Origin: Bacteroidota bacterium
Lineage (GTDB): Bacteria; Bacteroidota; Bacteroidia; Chitinophagales; UBA10324
NCBI GenBank assembly: GCA_014190575.1
Contig: BJGQ01000015.1
Location: 9 to 64,008, forward strand
Direction of reading: 5' to 3'
Length of the DNA: 64,000 nucleotides
The notes below the pieces were generated by a model that saw nothing but the letters and a program-made list of their open reading frames with translations, searched no databases and was not told where the DNA came from. A program made the position numbers and the translations under genes. Below are positions 30,064-39,970 of this stretch, one piece after another. The first letter of the stretch is position 1, and every line of letters begins with the position of its first letter.

Positions 30064-33000
30064 ATGAGAAAAATCTACACACTTATAGTTGTTCTAATAT
30101 CGTTCTTACATAACAATTCTCAGGCAAGTCATATTATGGGAATGGACATTTCTTATAAATGTCAAGGGAATAACACCTATCACATTACCCTTTCGTTTTA
30201 CAGAGACTGCGCAGGATTTGTAACGCCTGGGCCAACACTTTCTATTGATTATAGTTCTGTAAGTTGTGGTCAATCAGGAACACTTGTACTTAATCAGGTT
30301 GGAACTGTAACTAATGTTAGCCCAATTTGTCCATCTCAATTTTCTCAAACGACTTGTAGCGGTGGTACCTTGCCAGGCGTGGAACAATATATTTACGAGG
30401 GCGATTTAACATTCCCAACTGTTTGTAATGATTGGATAGTTTATTATGAGGATTGTTGTCGGAACTCTGCAATTACTAATATAGCAGGTGCATCTAGTTA
30501 TGGAATAAGAATTGAAGCACGAATTGATAATACCAATAATTTATGTGATAACTCCCCGGTTTTTACAACATTGCCTATTCCATATATCTGTGCAAATCAA
30601 CCTTACAATTATAACCATGGGGCGTTTGATATTGATGGTGATTCGTTGGTGTTTACTTTAATTGATCCAATGGATTGGTTGGGTGGAGCACCAATTCCTT
30701 ATATATTTCCTTTCAGTCCTGTATATCCGCTTTCAACAGTTTCGGGTTCAGTAATTTTTAGTTCCTCAACAGGACAGATGTCTTTTACTCCAGATGCTAC
30801 TCAGATTACTGTCGTGGCAGTTCGAGTTGATGAATATAGAAATGGTGTATGGGTTGGTTCAACCACAAGAGATATTCAATTATCAGTTATTGCATGCAAC
30901 AATCAGGTATCTACAATGAGCTCCCCTGTAAATGTTAATGGAGGTTACGCAACAGGTCCAACTTCTTTTGAAGTTTGCCCGGGGCAAGCACTTTCATTTC
31001 AGGTTACTAATACTGATCCAGATGTGGGACAAATATTAACTGTTACTTCAAACCTAACCAATGTAATACCCGCAGCAACAATGACAACTGTTGGAACAAA
31101 TCCGGCAATTTCAACTTTTTTTTGGCAACCATCAGGTGCTGATACTGGATTTCATTCTTTCACTCTAACTGTTCAAGACGATGCTTGCCCAATTGTTGGC
31201 CAACAAGTTTATTCATTTCAAATTTATGTGTTGGTTGGAACATCAGCGGGGCCAGATATTACCATTTGTGGAAACATGACTGCGCAACTTCAGGCAACAG
31301 GTGGAACATCTTTTACATGGACTCCAGCAACGGGACTTAATAATCCAAATGTTTCAAATCCGATAGCTACACCAACTCAAACAACTACTTATGTTGTCAA
31401 TAGCAATCTAACTGGTGGATGTAGCAACACCGATACGATGGTTGTTTATATTGTTCCTGATTTTACATTTACTGTTACTCCAACATTGGATACTATATGT
31501 TTAAATCAACAATCGCAATTAAGTATTACTGGCAGTGCAAATGGATCTCCATATACTTATTCATGGACTCCTGTTTCCTCATTACTGGGAGCTAATACTT
31601 CTACACCTTCAGCATCTCCTGCAGTTACAACAACCTATAATGTATCAATAACAAATAGTGGTGGTTGTACAAAAACAGGGAGTGCGGTTGTTTTTGTAGC
31701 GGGTATTGCCCCACCTTTAAATCTTGTTGCTTCACCGCAAACAATTTGTGTTGGCCAAACATCGCAACTAGATATTAACCCTAGTAGCGGTGGAAATTTT
31801 TGTAATCCGACCTATTCTGTTGCTTGTTCTTCAGGAGATTTCGTTGATAACTTCTCGTTTAATACTTTAGTTAATAATGCATCGGGATGTTCAGGCAATG
31901 TAAATAATTATATATATTATACTGGTGCACCAACAACTACTGTAAACCTTGGGAGCTCTTATCCTATTTCAATGCAATCTGGTTCATCGTGGGGACAAGG
32001 ATTTGGAGTTTGGATAGATTATAATCAAAATGGTTCGTTTGCAGACCCAGGTGAATTTGTATATACAAGCGGTTCATCAGCTATCACAGCCTTTAACGGA
32101 AATGTTACAATTCCTGTAACTGCAATTCCTGGTTGGACTCGTTTGCGTGTACTATGTAGATATTCAGCTGTGCCGGTTGCTACAGATTATTGTGGAGCAA
32201 GTTTTACTTTTGGCGAATGCGAGGATTATGATATTTATATTGATGGTGGAAATTTGACTTATTTATGGTCACCGGCATCTTCATTATCCAATGCAACTAT
32301 AAAAAATCCAGTTGCATCACCAATTCAAACAACTACTTATACACTTACCGTAACAAGTGGAGGATATTGTTCAAATACCGATACTGTTATTGTTAATGTG
32401 ATAACCAATTATCAATGCAGTGCAGGTAATGATACATCTATTTGTATGGGTGGCGGTTCCGCTCAGTTAAACGGATCAAATGCAGTAACTTATTCTTGGA
32501 CCTCAATACCTGCTGGATTTACAAGTAGTATTTCAAATCCTGTGGTTTCACCATTAGGCAATACTACTTATGTATTGTATGGATTAAATGCATCGGGCTG
32601 TGGTGATTATGATACCGTATTCGTAAACTTTATTCCACTTCCTGGGTTTAGTGCTGGGGTTGATCAAACAATGTGTTGGTATGATTCAGTTCAAATGGTT
32701 CCAACCGGAACTTGGGTTAATTATGCATGGATTCCAACTGCAAACATTAGTGATCCTGCAATCGCGCAACCTTTTGCAAGTCCTGCAACCACCACAACTT
32801 ATACACTTACAGTAACAGATGCAAATGGATGTGCAGGATTTGATTCTGTTGTAGTTTTTGTACTTCAGCCTTTGAATCTTGTTGTATCACCTGATACAAT
32901 TACATGCATGGGGGTAGGAGTGAATGTAAGCGTTGATCAAGGGGTAACTTTTTTATGGGAACCTTCGCTTAATTCGAATCCTACTTCACAATCAACTACT

Positions 33001-33606
33001 TTGACTCCTATTTTACCAACCACTTATACCATTTCTGTTACAGATACATTTGGTTGTTTCAATATCGATTCTGTTGTAGTTGATATATATGTTCCACCTT
33101 TAATAAGCGCGAGCATTGATGTTTCAATATTACAAGGAGAACAAACCATTCTTACTGCATACATGACAGGTGGAGTTTCATTTATCTGGCAACCTTCTGA
33201 AGGTGATGGAAGTACTACTTCATCTTTTACCGTTTCACCATTAAATACTACAACATACACTGTTATGGGAACAAGCATTAATGGTTGTACAAATTGGGAT
33301 GATGTAGTTGTGACTGTTTTATCTCCTTGTCAATCTCTAATGATGCCGAATGTTTTTTCGCCAAATAAAGATGGAAGAAATGATGTGTTGCAACCTTATA
33401 TAATAGGCATTGAAGTGGTGACCCGTTATGAAGTTTATGATCGTTGGGGTGAAAGAGTATACTTTGCTAATGATGCAAAAAGAGGTTGGGATGGAAAAAA
33501 CAATAATGGCGATGATTGCGCAGTGGGAGTTTACATATATAATATTGTAACTGAATGCGAAGGCATATCGAAAGTATATAAAGGGAATGTTACATTGATA
33601 AAATAA
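30064..33606 (+). CDS. large T9SS type B (gliding-motility-associated CTD) cargo protein with Ig-like repeats and a GEVED-type domain
   Basis: ASH.MG.DI.Y.C N-terminus; repeated Y.W.P...LS......P.A.P..TTTY; WIDYNQNG.F.D.GE...GECEDY; C-terminal PNVFSPNKDGRND...YDRWG...GWDG...G.V.LIK. Confidence 0.88.
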   Translation: MRKIYTLIVVLISFLHNNSQASHIMGMDISYKCQGNNTYHITLSFYRDCAGFVTPGPTLSIDYSSVSCGQSGTLVLNQVGTVTNVSPICPSQFSQTTCSGGTLPGVEQYIYEGDLTFPTVCNDWIVYYEDCCRNSAITNIAGASSYGIRIEARIDNTNNLCDNSPVFTTLPIPYICANQPYNYNHGAFDIDGDSLVFTLIDPMDWLGGAPIPYIFPFSPVYPLSTVSGSVIFSSSTGQMSFTPDATQITVVAVRVDEYRNGVWVGSTTRDIQLSVIACNNQVSTMSSPVNVNGGYATGPTSFEVCPGQALSFQVTNTDPDVGQILTVTSNLTNVIPAATMTTVGTNPAISTFFWQPSGADTGFHSFTLTVQDDACPIVGQQVYSFQIYVLVGTSAGPDITICGNMTAQLQATGGTSFTWTPATGLNNPNVSNPIATPTQTTTYVVNSNLTGGCSNTDTMVVYIVPDFTFTVTPTLDTICLNQQSQLSITGSANGSPYTYSWTPVSSLLGANTSTPSASPAVTTTYNVSITNSGGCTKTGSAVVFVAGIAPPLNLVASPQTICVGQTSQLDINPSSGGNFCNPTYSVACSSGDFVDNFSFNTLVNNASGCSGNVNNYIYYTGAPTTTVNLGSSYPISMQSGSSWGQGFGVWIDYNQNGSFADPGEFVYTSGSSAITAFNGNVTIPVTAIPGWTRLRVLCRYSAVPVATDYCGASFTFGECEDYDIYIDGGNLTYLWSPASSLSNATIKNPVASPIQTTTYTLTVTSGGYCSNTDTVIVNVITNYQCSAGNDTSICMGGGSAQLNGSNAVTYSWTSIPAGFTSSISNPVVSPLGNTTYVLYGLNASGCGDYDTVFVNFIPLPGFSAGVDQTMCWYDSVQMVPTGTWVNYAWIPTANISDPAIAQPFASPATTTTYTLTVTDANGCAGFDSVVVFVLQPLNLVVSPDTITCMGVGVNVSVDQGVTFLWEPSLNSNPTSQSTTLTPILPTTYTISVTDTFGCFNIDSVVVDIYVPPLISASIDVSILQGEQTILTAYMTGGVSFIWQPSEGDGSTTSSFTVSPLNTTTYTVMGTSINGCTNWDDVVVTVLSPCQSLMMPNVFSPNKDGRNDVLQPYIIGIEVVTRYEVYDRWGERVYFANDAKRGWDGKNNNGDDCAVGVYIYNIVTECEGISKVYKGNVTLIK

Positions 33607-33621
33607 ATTTGGAATAAAAAA

Positions 33622-33659
33622 AGAACGCGCCCTGACAAATATTTTGTCGGGGCGCTTCT
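33622..33659. terminator. intrinsic terminator
   Basis: GCGCCCTGACAAA-TAT-TTTGTCGGGGCGC hairpin right after the stop. Confidence 0.75.
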
Positions 33660-34045
33660 GTTTAGAATATCACGGCAAAGAAAATTTAAATTTTATGGCC
33701 ATAATTTTAGTAAGCGGAACAAGGTGAAAAATTAAAAGAAAGGTTTTTCCTTTTCAATATTAAGCACTCCTTAAACGAGCTTTGAGTTTAGTATTATCTG
33801 ATTTTAAAAATGTTAGGCATTGCAAACATTTGGAATATCAGTTAGGCAAATGATACCGTCATAAAGAAATGTCTTATGAAGAGAATAAGTTGTATTGGAA
33901 AACAAATATCCAAAACCGGATTTCTAGGTAAAATTATTTTTGATGGTCAATATGTTTACTAGAATGATATTTAAATTTTAATGGGAAAATAGTCATCAGG
34001 CAATTAAAGCTTGACATAAAAAGTAAATAAGAAAAGCAGTTAAAT

Positions 34046-34083
34046 AAAGAAGCTGCTATAATAAAATTTGTAGCAGCTTCTTT
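34046..34083. terminator. intrinsic terminator
   Basis: AAAGAAGCTGCTATAA-TAAAAT-TTGTAGCAGCTTCTTT. Confidence 0.8.
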
Positions 34084-34105
34084 ATAAATTTCTAAAATCC
34101 GTCAG

Positions 34106-34335
34106 TTAGAAATTAGTTTTAATCGACTTGAAAGTTTCAGACTTATATGTATCGTTGAAAGTAGTTGCAAGGAAATAAGAGCTGGAAGAAAGATTGTTTC
34201 ATTCAACATATAATTTTTTATTCCTTCCTTTATTGAAAGATCCTTTTTCAAAATAATTTGCCCCAATGCGTCAGTATATTGAAAGTGTATGTTCTTGTTT
34301 TCCTGCGTGTTAAATTGAAAGTTTCAATTATCAAT
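34106..34335 (-). pseudogene. orphan relic of a T9SS type A C-terminal domain
   Basis: IDN*NFQFNTQENKNIHFQYTDALGQIILKKDLSIKEGIKNYMLNET, then after a frameshift NLSSSSYFLATTFNDTYKSETFKSIKTNF*, ending just before the terminator. Confidence 0.6.
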
Positions 34336-34336
34336 A

Positions 34337-37300
34337 CTACTTTTTAACAAATCCGCTTGTGAAATTTGTTTTATCATTTGATATTTGAATAAAGTATAAA
34401 CCTCCTGATAAAAAAGAAACATCTATCATTTTTTTATCTGCATCAAATTTAAATGTGTTTTCGAAAACAAGTTTCCCATCAATACTTTTAATAATAATTT
34501 TAGTTTCTCCTGAATTATATTCAGAATTACTTATTGTTATTTGATCTGAAACAGGACTTGGATAAATTGAAATTTGGTTACATGAAATATGAGCTGAAAG
34601 AATAGAACTGAAATGTTCTTTGGAATCAATATCAAACTGATGAAGGCGATAATAGGAATTTGCGCAAACAGGATTGTTATCAATCAATTCATAATTATGT
34701 GGTTGATCAGTTGTTCCATGACCAGTCACTTTTCCAATGGTGTTAAAATTGATTCCATCTTCACTTCTTTCAACATCAAAATAATCAGAATTAATTTCTG
34801 ATTCAGTTTTCCAATTCAATTCTATAATTTTATTTTCCTTAACATTTAAAGAGAAACTACTTAAAGTAACCGGTAAAGGGTTTCCGCCAAATCCTTCGGC
34901 AAAATCAGAAAAAGATGTTACGCCGGTTCGTTTTGCAGTTGCAGTTCCTGAAGCAATGGTTTGAGTAGAATTATCATGATGACCATTCGAATTTGCCAAG
35001 TTTGTGCCTGACCATAATGATCCTGAATTTGGCCGTTTAATTACACCTAATTGATTTGCATTACCTGAAAAGTTAGAATATCCTTTTTGATTTAATGTGA
35101 TATCATAATTTACTGCGGAATAACTATCGGGTGTTAAAGTCCAGAAACCACTATTAAGAATTCCATAAATACCATCTCCATTTATAGAAGTAGTTGGATA
35201 ACTCGGTGCAGTACCTGTAATCACAGTATTGAAGAAAGCTAAAATTGAATTCATTCCAGTTTGACTGTTTAAATTAACACTTGCCAATTGATAATTTGTT
35301 GGATCGCCTACCGGAAAATCGTAATTGCCCGTTGATGCAACAGTTCTGCGAAGGTTTCCATATACCCATGAAGAAGATGAATAACCAGATATTGAACTTA
35401 TTGAATTGCTTGTTACCTGAACTTCATTTGCTCCTGTTGTAACCACTCCATTTGTTAATTTCAATTCGCTTGAAACTATTATGTTGTTATTAATAGAAAC
35501 TCCATTTGAATTGTTGATTTCTAACTTGTAAAAACTTTCAGCACCGGTTATTGATTGGGCAACTGTTCCGTTAAAAATTACTTGCCCCGTTCCATCAGTA
35601 AAACCGGTTGCAGCATAATCAGTCCAATTCCCTTTTATATTTAAAGTATTATTATTTGGATTTAATACATCTGATAATGCAGCAGTATTTTGAATATTTG
35701 TGCTACCCAAAACTGTAAGCGATTGACCGCCAATTGTCGGAAATATCTGAACCTGATTTACAACTGAACCTGATGCTGCATCTACTGATAAATTATAAAG
35801 GTTTGCTACCGTCATTCCGGTTCCGGCAAAATCACTCAAGTGAATATCTGTAGCAGCTAAAGCGCCCAAACAAATGAACTTTAATGTGCCTGTTAATTGG
35901 AAATTTGTTGTAGTTGATGTTCCACTTCCTAATTCAGCATCGTTTCCAACATTAATCGTGTTTCCGTTATCAATTAACTTAGCTGTACCTGTATAGTCAA
36001 TTCTGAAACTATTTCCGACATATAAATCAGAATTTGTTGATGGTGTAACAAGTTCAAACTTGCCGGCACTTTTTACTGAGGAAAAATTGTAGCATTTTAC
36101 CAGCTGATTATTTCCTGTAAATAATTGAATTGAAGCAGCATTAAATGTGGCAATATTCAAAAGTGTCTTGCAATTGTCGCTCATGGTTCCACCATTTTGC
36201 AAGGTCAGGTTTAATTGAATGTTTAAAGTTTTTATTGGTGTAGTTACATTGAAAACCGCAGCATCAATGATTAGTGAGCCATTTACTGTTAAGTTGCCAT
36301 TAATAGTTTTATTTCCACTTACAGAACAAATCAGATTCGCATATGTAATTCCGCTTTCTACTATTTGATTTCCAGCGCCAGAATATTCAACAATAGATCC
36401 TGTGTTACAAATGAAGGAATTTTTAGTATTTCCGAATAAATAAATCGCGTTCAACCCATAAATATTTAATCGGCCACCATTCTGAATTAATAAAATATGC
36501 CCTGCGCTTGCCCCATCTGCAGCATTTACAGAATCAACATTTACAGTTCCAGTACTGGTAATTGTCATTCCAATTGTTGAACCCGCACCATTGTCAGTTG
36601 TCATATATAATTTCCCATTTACATTCAATGTTCCTTTTACAGTAATGGTACCACGCATGTTGCCACTTCCGTTTCCTCCTGTTCCATCTACAGAAACATT
36701 ACCCATTGTAGCCCTTGTACTTACTACATAAGGAGAATTAATAGTAGTGTTAAATGTGGTTGATGCCTGATTGTTATATAATGCAGTTCCGGGCCATGTA
36801 AGATTTGCATTGATTGAAATTGTTAAAAGTGAAGTTGAATTAGTTGCAAAATCTTTCTTGATTCTTGAACAGGCAAAATTACCTGTACCCGTTAATGTGC
36901 AATTTACTCCTTCAATATTAAAACCAATACCATCATCAGTTGGATAATTTCCAATTGTTCCATTACACACAATTTGTGAAAAAATACTTATGTAAATATT
37001 TGTAGCACTTTGATTGGTATATAGTTTACCTCCTGACTGAACGGTTAAAGTGCTAACAGCATAAGGGCCGGTACCGTTTAAGGTTACAGTATGACCAGTT
37101 AAAATGGTTGCGGCATAATTTGAAAGATTTGGATATTCACCGGCTACAGCATTTACCCAGGTAACGCCATTAAATCGTTGCCAGGTTGTATAATCAGTCC
37201 AATTGCCACTTGTGAGTGTTTGAAAATCTCCGGTTGTGGTATTGGGTATTCCACTGCCAATCGTTCCTGAACTCCAGGTTGTTCCTTTGCGTGTGAATAT

Positions 37301-39808
37301 TTTAATGTTGTAAGTAGTCAGGTTTACTAATCCGGAAACAGTTACTGATGTTCCGGTTCCTTGATAAACATCATATTCATTCGATGGAAGATTAACATTA
37401 GTTGTTGGATCACCATAGACTGAATAATCAACATAAAGAGTACCATCTCCGGTTGGTGAAGCAGTTACAGACGCATTATCAGTTACCACAACTAATATAT
37501 CATCAAAACAACTTGCCATAGTCCACCCAATAATTAATTCGCCGTTTGCCGGAGTTACTGTTAAACCTGAAACATTGGGAACAGCAGCCAGTGTTGCGCC
37601 ATTTGCTGTTGCGCCGGCTGAATAAACTGTTGGTGAATTTTGAACATTCAGAATAAGATAATGATAAGTTATACCTGCAGTTAACCCAGAAACATTCACT
37701 GTGTTTGAAGTTCCATTGTAAACACAAAAAGCTGATGCATCATTTTGGTAAGGTGTACCGCTACCAAAAGTTGTATTGGCAGAATAAGTTCCAATTGCAT
37801 TTGTAGGGATTCCTGCTGTAATTGCTGAACCTGCTTTTGCAAAAACAAGAACGGTATTATTTGAAGTGCTGTATCCTACTGGCAATGTCCAGTTAACTGT
37901 TTCATCACTGATGCAAGCATTGGTTACTGTTGGTGAGGTAACAGCGGGCATGGTTACATTGCATTGTGCTTCGGCTGAAGTAGTTATTCCACAACTATAT
38001 CCTGCAGTAATTTGACAAACTACATAATATGTTCCACAAGCTGCAAACGATGGAGTGAATGTAGAACCTGCACTTACAAATGCTGTATATGGCCCTCCAG
38101 ATACAGTTGCGTAAGCCCATGATCTTGTTGAGCCAGCAGTTGTGCCTGAAGCAGTTAATAAACTTGCACCGCCTCCAGCACCGGGTGAAAAATTTTGTGT
38201 GGTGAGAGGAGAAATTGCAATTGTATTTACTGCTAATGCAGTCGAAGTTGCACCCAATGTTGATGGACTGCTTGCTCTTACTCTTAATAAATAATTGTTG
38301 CCTGATGCGCCCCCAATGGTTCCGTAAGGAATGGTGCAACTTAAATTCGTATTGGTATTATTATTCGTTACAAAAGTTCCTATGGTAGTGAATGAAGCGA
38401 ATGATCCTGCGCCATCCGACATTTCAACGGTGTAAGTGTTACCTGTAAAAGTTCCTGTTGAAGTGAAACTCACTAATAAAGATGCTCCGCCATAACTTAC
38501 ACAAATAGGAGTTGCAAATGTTGGAGCTGCGATGGATGCAGGAGTTAACACTGAGTTTGATGGAGGACTTGTTAAATAATATTTTTCGGAAGCTGCAGTG
38601 CAATTGTATTCATACACTTTGAAATAGTAAGATGAAGTAGCAGCTAAATTTGTTACAGGAACAGTTGCGGCACTTCCATTGTAAACCACATATTCACCTG
38701 AACCTGAAACATCAGTTCCGCTACCGAAAGATGCATTGGCGGTATAAGTATTATTATCAGTTGGAGTCCATGTTACAGCGCTTCCTAATCTTGCAACTAC
38801 AATTCTTTTTGAACCATTGCCATTACTCCAGTTAACAGTAGTGCTGATACTTGTTGTTGATGCGAAAGTTATTGAAGTAGCAGGAGCTGTTGGAGCTAAG
38901 CAAACACCCGATGTTACTCCGTTGGTGGTTGCAGCTGCGCTGTAGTTATATGCTTTGTCAAATGTATAAATGCGATAATAGTAAGTTGTACTTGCAGCTA
39001 AACCAACATCAGTAAATGAAACTCCTGTTCCAACATAAACTACATTTTCATTTACTGCAGTAGTATTCCCAATTTTATAAATTCCATTTACATTGGGAGT
39101 TGTTGTTGGATCAAATGTTCCTCTTACAACCATGTAGCCACCACCATCAACACCACCTGATGCTGCTGTCCAGCTTACATCTAAACTTGAACCTGTAGGG
39201 TTTGCTGCGCCGGGAGCTGTTGGTGCATTTGCTGCTGCAACATCTGCGCCTGTTGCTGATTCGTACATAGCAAAATCATCCAAATAAACATCACCTGCAG
39301 AGGTGACCATTTTAGCAATAATATCAGCAGCGGCAGTTGTAACCGAAAGTACGGATGCAGGAGCATAAGTTACTTTCTCCCATGTATTTATAGCAGTAAC
39401 TCCAGCATAGGCTCCACTCAAAGCTTCAGTCGCACCTCTAAAATTCCCCAGTTGAAACTGAACAGTTGCAGTTGTACTCGTTGCTCTTTTGTAACATTGA
39501 ATAACCCATTTTGAAGTTGAAGCTGATATGGTGAATTGAGGTGAAAACATCCGTCCGGTTGATGCAGAAGATGCATTAACTTTTATTGAATTACTACCAC
39601 TTCTAACTGTACCAGTCTCAGCAGTAATGGTAATATTTGCATTTGATTTTGTCCACTTACTTGCAACAGGAGCTGCTCCCGTTGTTACATTATCGATAGT
39701 TGCCGATCCTTCAAAGCCGCCATCTAACCCAAGATAAGATGCTTGTGCAAATATTTTATTGGAAGCAAAAAGTGAAAACAGAATTGCGAGCGTGTAAATT
39801 TTTTTCAT
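34337..39808 (-). CDS. very large T9SS type A cargo surface protein with fibronectin-III-like repeats
   Basis: signal peptide IFA-Q; four VY.G....V.GL...T.YY..I repeats; LPV.L..F...W.T.SE.N...F.VERS.DG; IYPSP...IDVS.L..G.YF...FVK CTD; ATG 39808 preferred. Confidence 0.88.
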   Translation of the reverse strand: MKKIYTLAILFSLFASNKIFAQASYLGLDGGFEGSATIDNVTTGAAPVASKWTKSNANITITAETGTVRSGSNSIKVNASSASTGRMFSPQFTISASTSKWVIQCYKRATSTTATVQFQLGNFRGATEALSGAYAGVTAINTWEKVTYAPASVLSVTTAAADIIAKMVTSAGDVYLDDFAMYESATGADVAAANAPTAPGAANPTGSSLDVSWTAASGGVDGGGYMVVRGTFDPTTTPNVNGIYKIGNTTAVNENVVYVGTGVSFTDVGLAASTTYYYRIYTFDKAYNYSAAATTNGVTSGVCLAPTAPATSITFASTTSISTTVNWSNGNGSKRIVVARLGSAVTWTPTDNNTYTANASFGSGTDVSGSGEYVVYNGSAATVPVTNLAATSSYYFKVYEYNCTAASEKYYLTSPPSNSVLTPASIAAPTFATPICVSYGGASLLVSFTSTGTFTGNTYTVEMSDGAGSFASFTTIGTFVTNNNTNTNLSCTIPYGTIGGASGNNYLLRVRASSPSTLGATSTALAVNTIAISPLTTQNFSPGAGGGASLLTASGTTAGSTRSWAYATVSGGPYTAFVSAGSTFTPSFAACGTYYVVCQITAGYSCGITTSAEAQCNVTMPAVTSPTVTNACISDETVNWTLPVGYSTSNNTVLVFAKAGSAITAGIPTNAIGTYSANTTFGSGTPYQNDASAFCVYNGTSNTVNVSGLTAGITYHYLILNVQNSPTVYSAGATANGATLAAVPNVSGLTVTPANGELIIGWTMASCFDDILVVVTDNASVTASPTGDGTLYVDYSVYGDPTTNVNLPSNEYDVYQGTGTSVTVSGLVNLTTYNIKIFTRKGTTWSSGTIGSGIPNTTTGDFQTLTSGNWTDYTTWQRFNGVTWVNAVAGEYPNLSNYAATILTGHTVTLNGTGPYAVSTLTVQSGGKLYTNQSATNIYISIFSQIVCNGTIGNYPTDDGIGFNIEGVNCTLTGTGNFACSRIKKDFATNSTSLLTISINANLTWPGTALYNNQASTTFNTTINSPYVVSTRATMGNVSVDGTGGNGSGNMRGTITVKGTLNVNGKLYMTTDNGAGSTIGMTITSTGTVNVDSVNAADGASAGHILLIQNGGRLNIYGLNAIYLFGNTKNSFICNTGSIVEYSGAGNQIVESGITYANLICSVSGNKTINGNLTVNGSLIIDAAVFNVTTPIKTLNIQLNLTLQNGGTMSDNCKTLLNIATFNAASIQLFTGNNQLVKCYNFSSVKSAGKFELVTPSTNSDLYVGNSFRIDYTGTAKLIDNGNTINVGNDAELGSGTSTTTNFQLTGTLKFICLGALAATDIHLSDFAGTGMTVANLYNLSVDAASGSVVNQVQIFPTIGGQSLTVLGSTNIQNTAALSDVLNPNNNTLNIKGNWTDYAATGFTDGTGQVIFNGTVAQSITGAESFYKLEINNSNGVSINNNIIVSSELKLTNGVVTTGANEVQVTSNSISSISGYSSSSWVYGNLRRTVASTGNYDFPVGDPTNYQLASVNLNSQTGMNSILAFFNTVITGTAPSYPTTSINGDGIYGILNSGFWTLTPDSYSAVNYDITLNQKGYSNFSGNANQLGVIKRPNSGSLWSGTNLANSNGHHDNSTQTIASGTATAKRTGVTSFSDFAEGFGGNPLPVTLSSFSLNVKENKIIELNWKTESEINSDYFDVERSEDGINFNTIGKVTGHGTTDQPHNYELIDNNPVCANSYYRLHQFDIDSKEHFSSILSAHISCNQISIYPSPVSDQITISNSEYNSGETKIIIKSIDGKLVFENTFKFDADKKMIDVSFLSGGLYFIQISNDKTNFTSGFVKK

Positions 39809-39970
39809 AAGCAAAAAATTTGGTGTTTGTGATTGACAATTTTATTGCGTGTCAAAACTAACTTTATTATTAATAAACACTTAAGGTATTAATAGTTAAT
39901 AGCAAATGATTAACAATGAGTTAACATACCATATGAAATTCAAAAAAAGATTAAAAAATCTATTGAATTA

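Noticed and set aside
33660..34045. Possible ncRNA or gene relic in the long intergenic stretch
   Set aside because: Only short broken frames were found, with no recognisable motif or structure
30064..39808. Possible CRISPR or tandem DNA repeats in the large T9SS genes
   Set aside because: The repeats are diverged protein-domain repeats; there are no identical direct repeats with spacers and no cas genes
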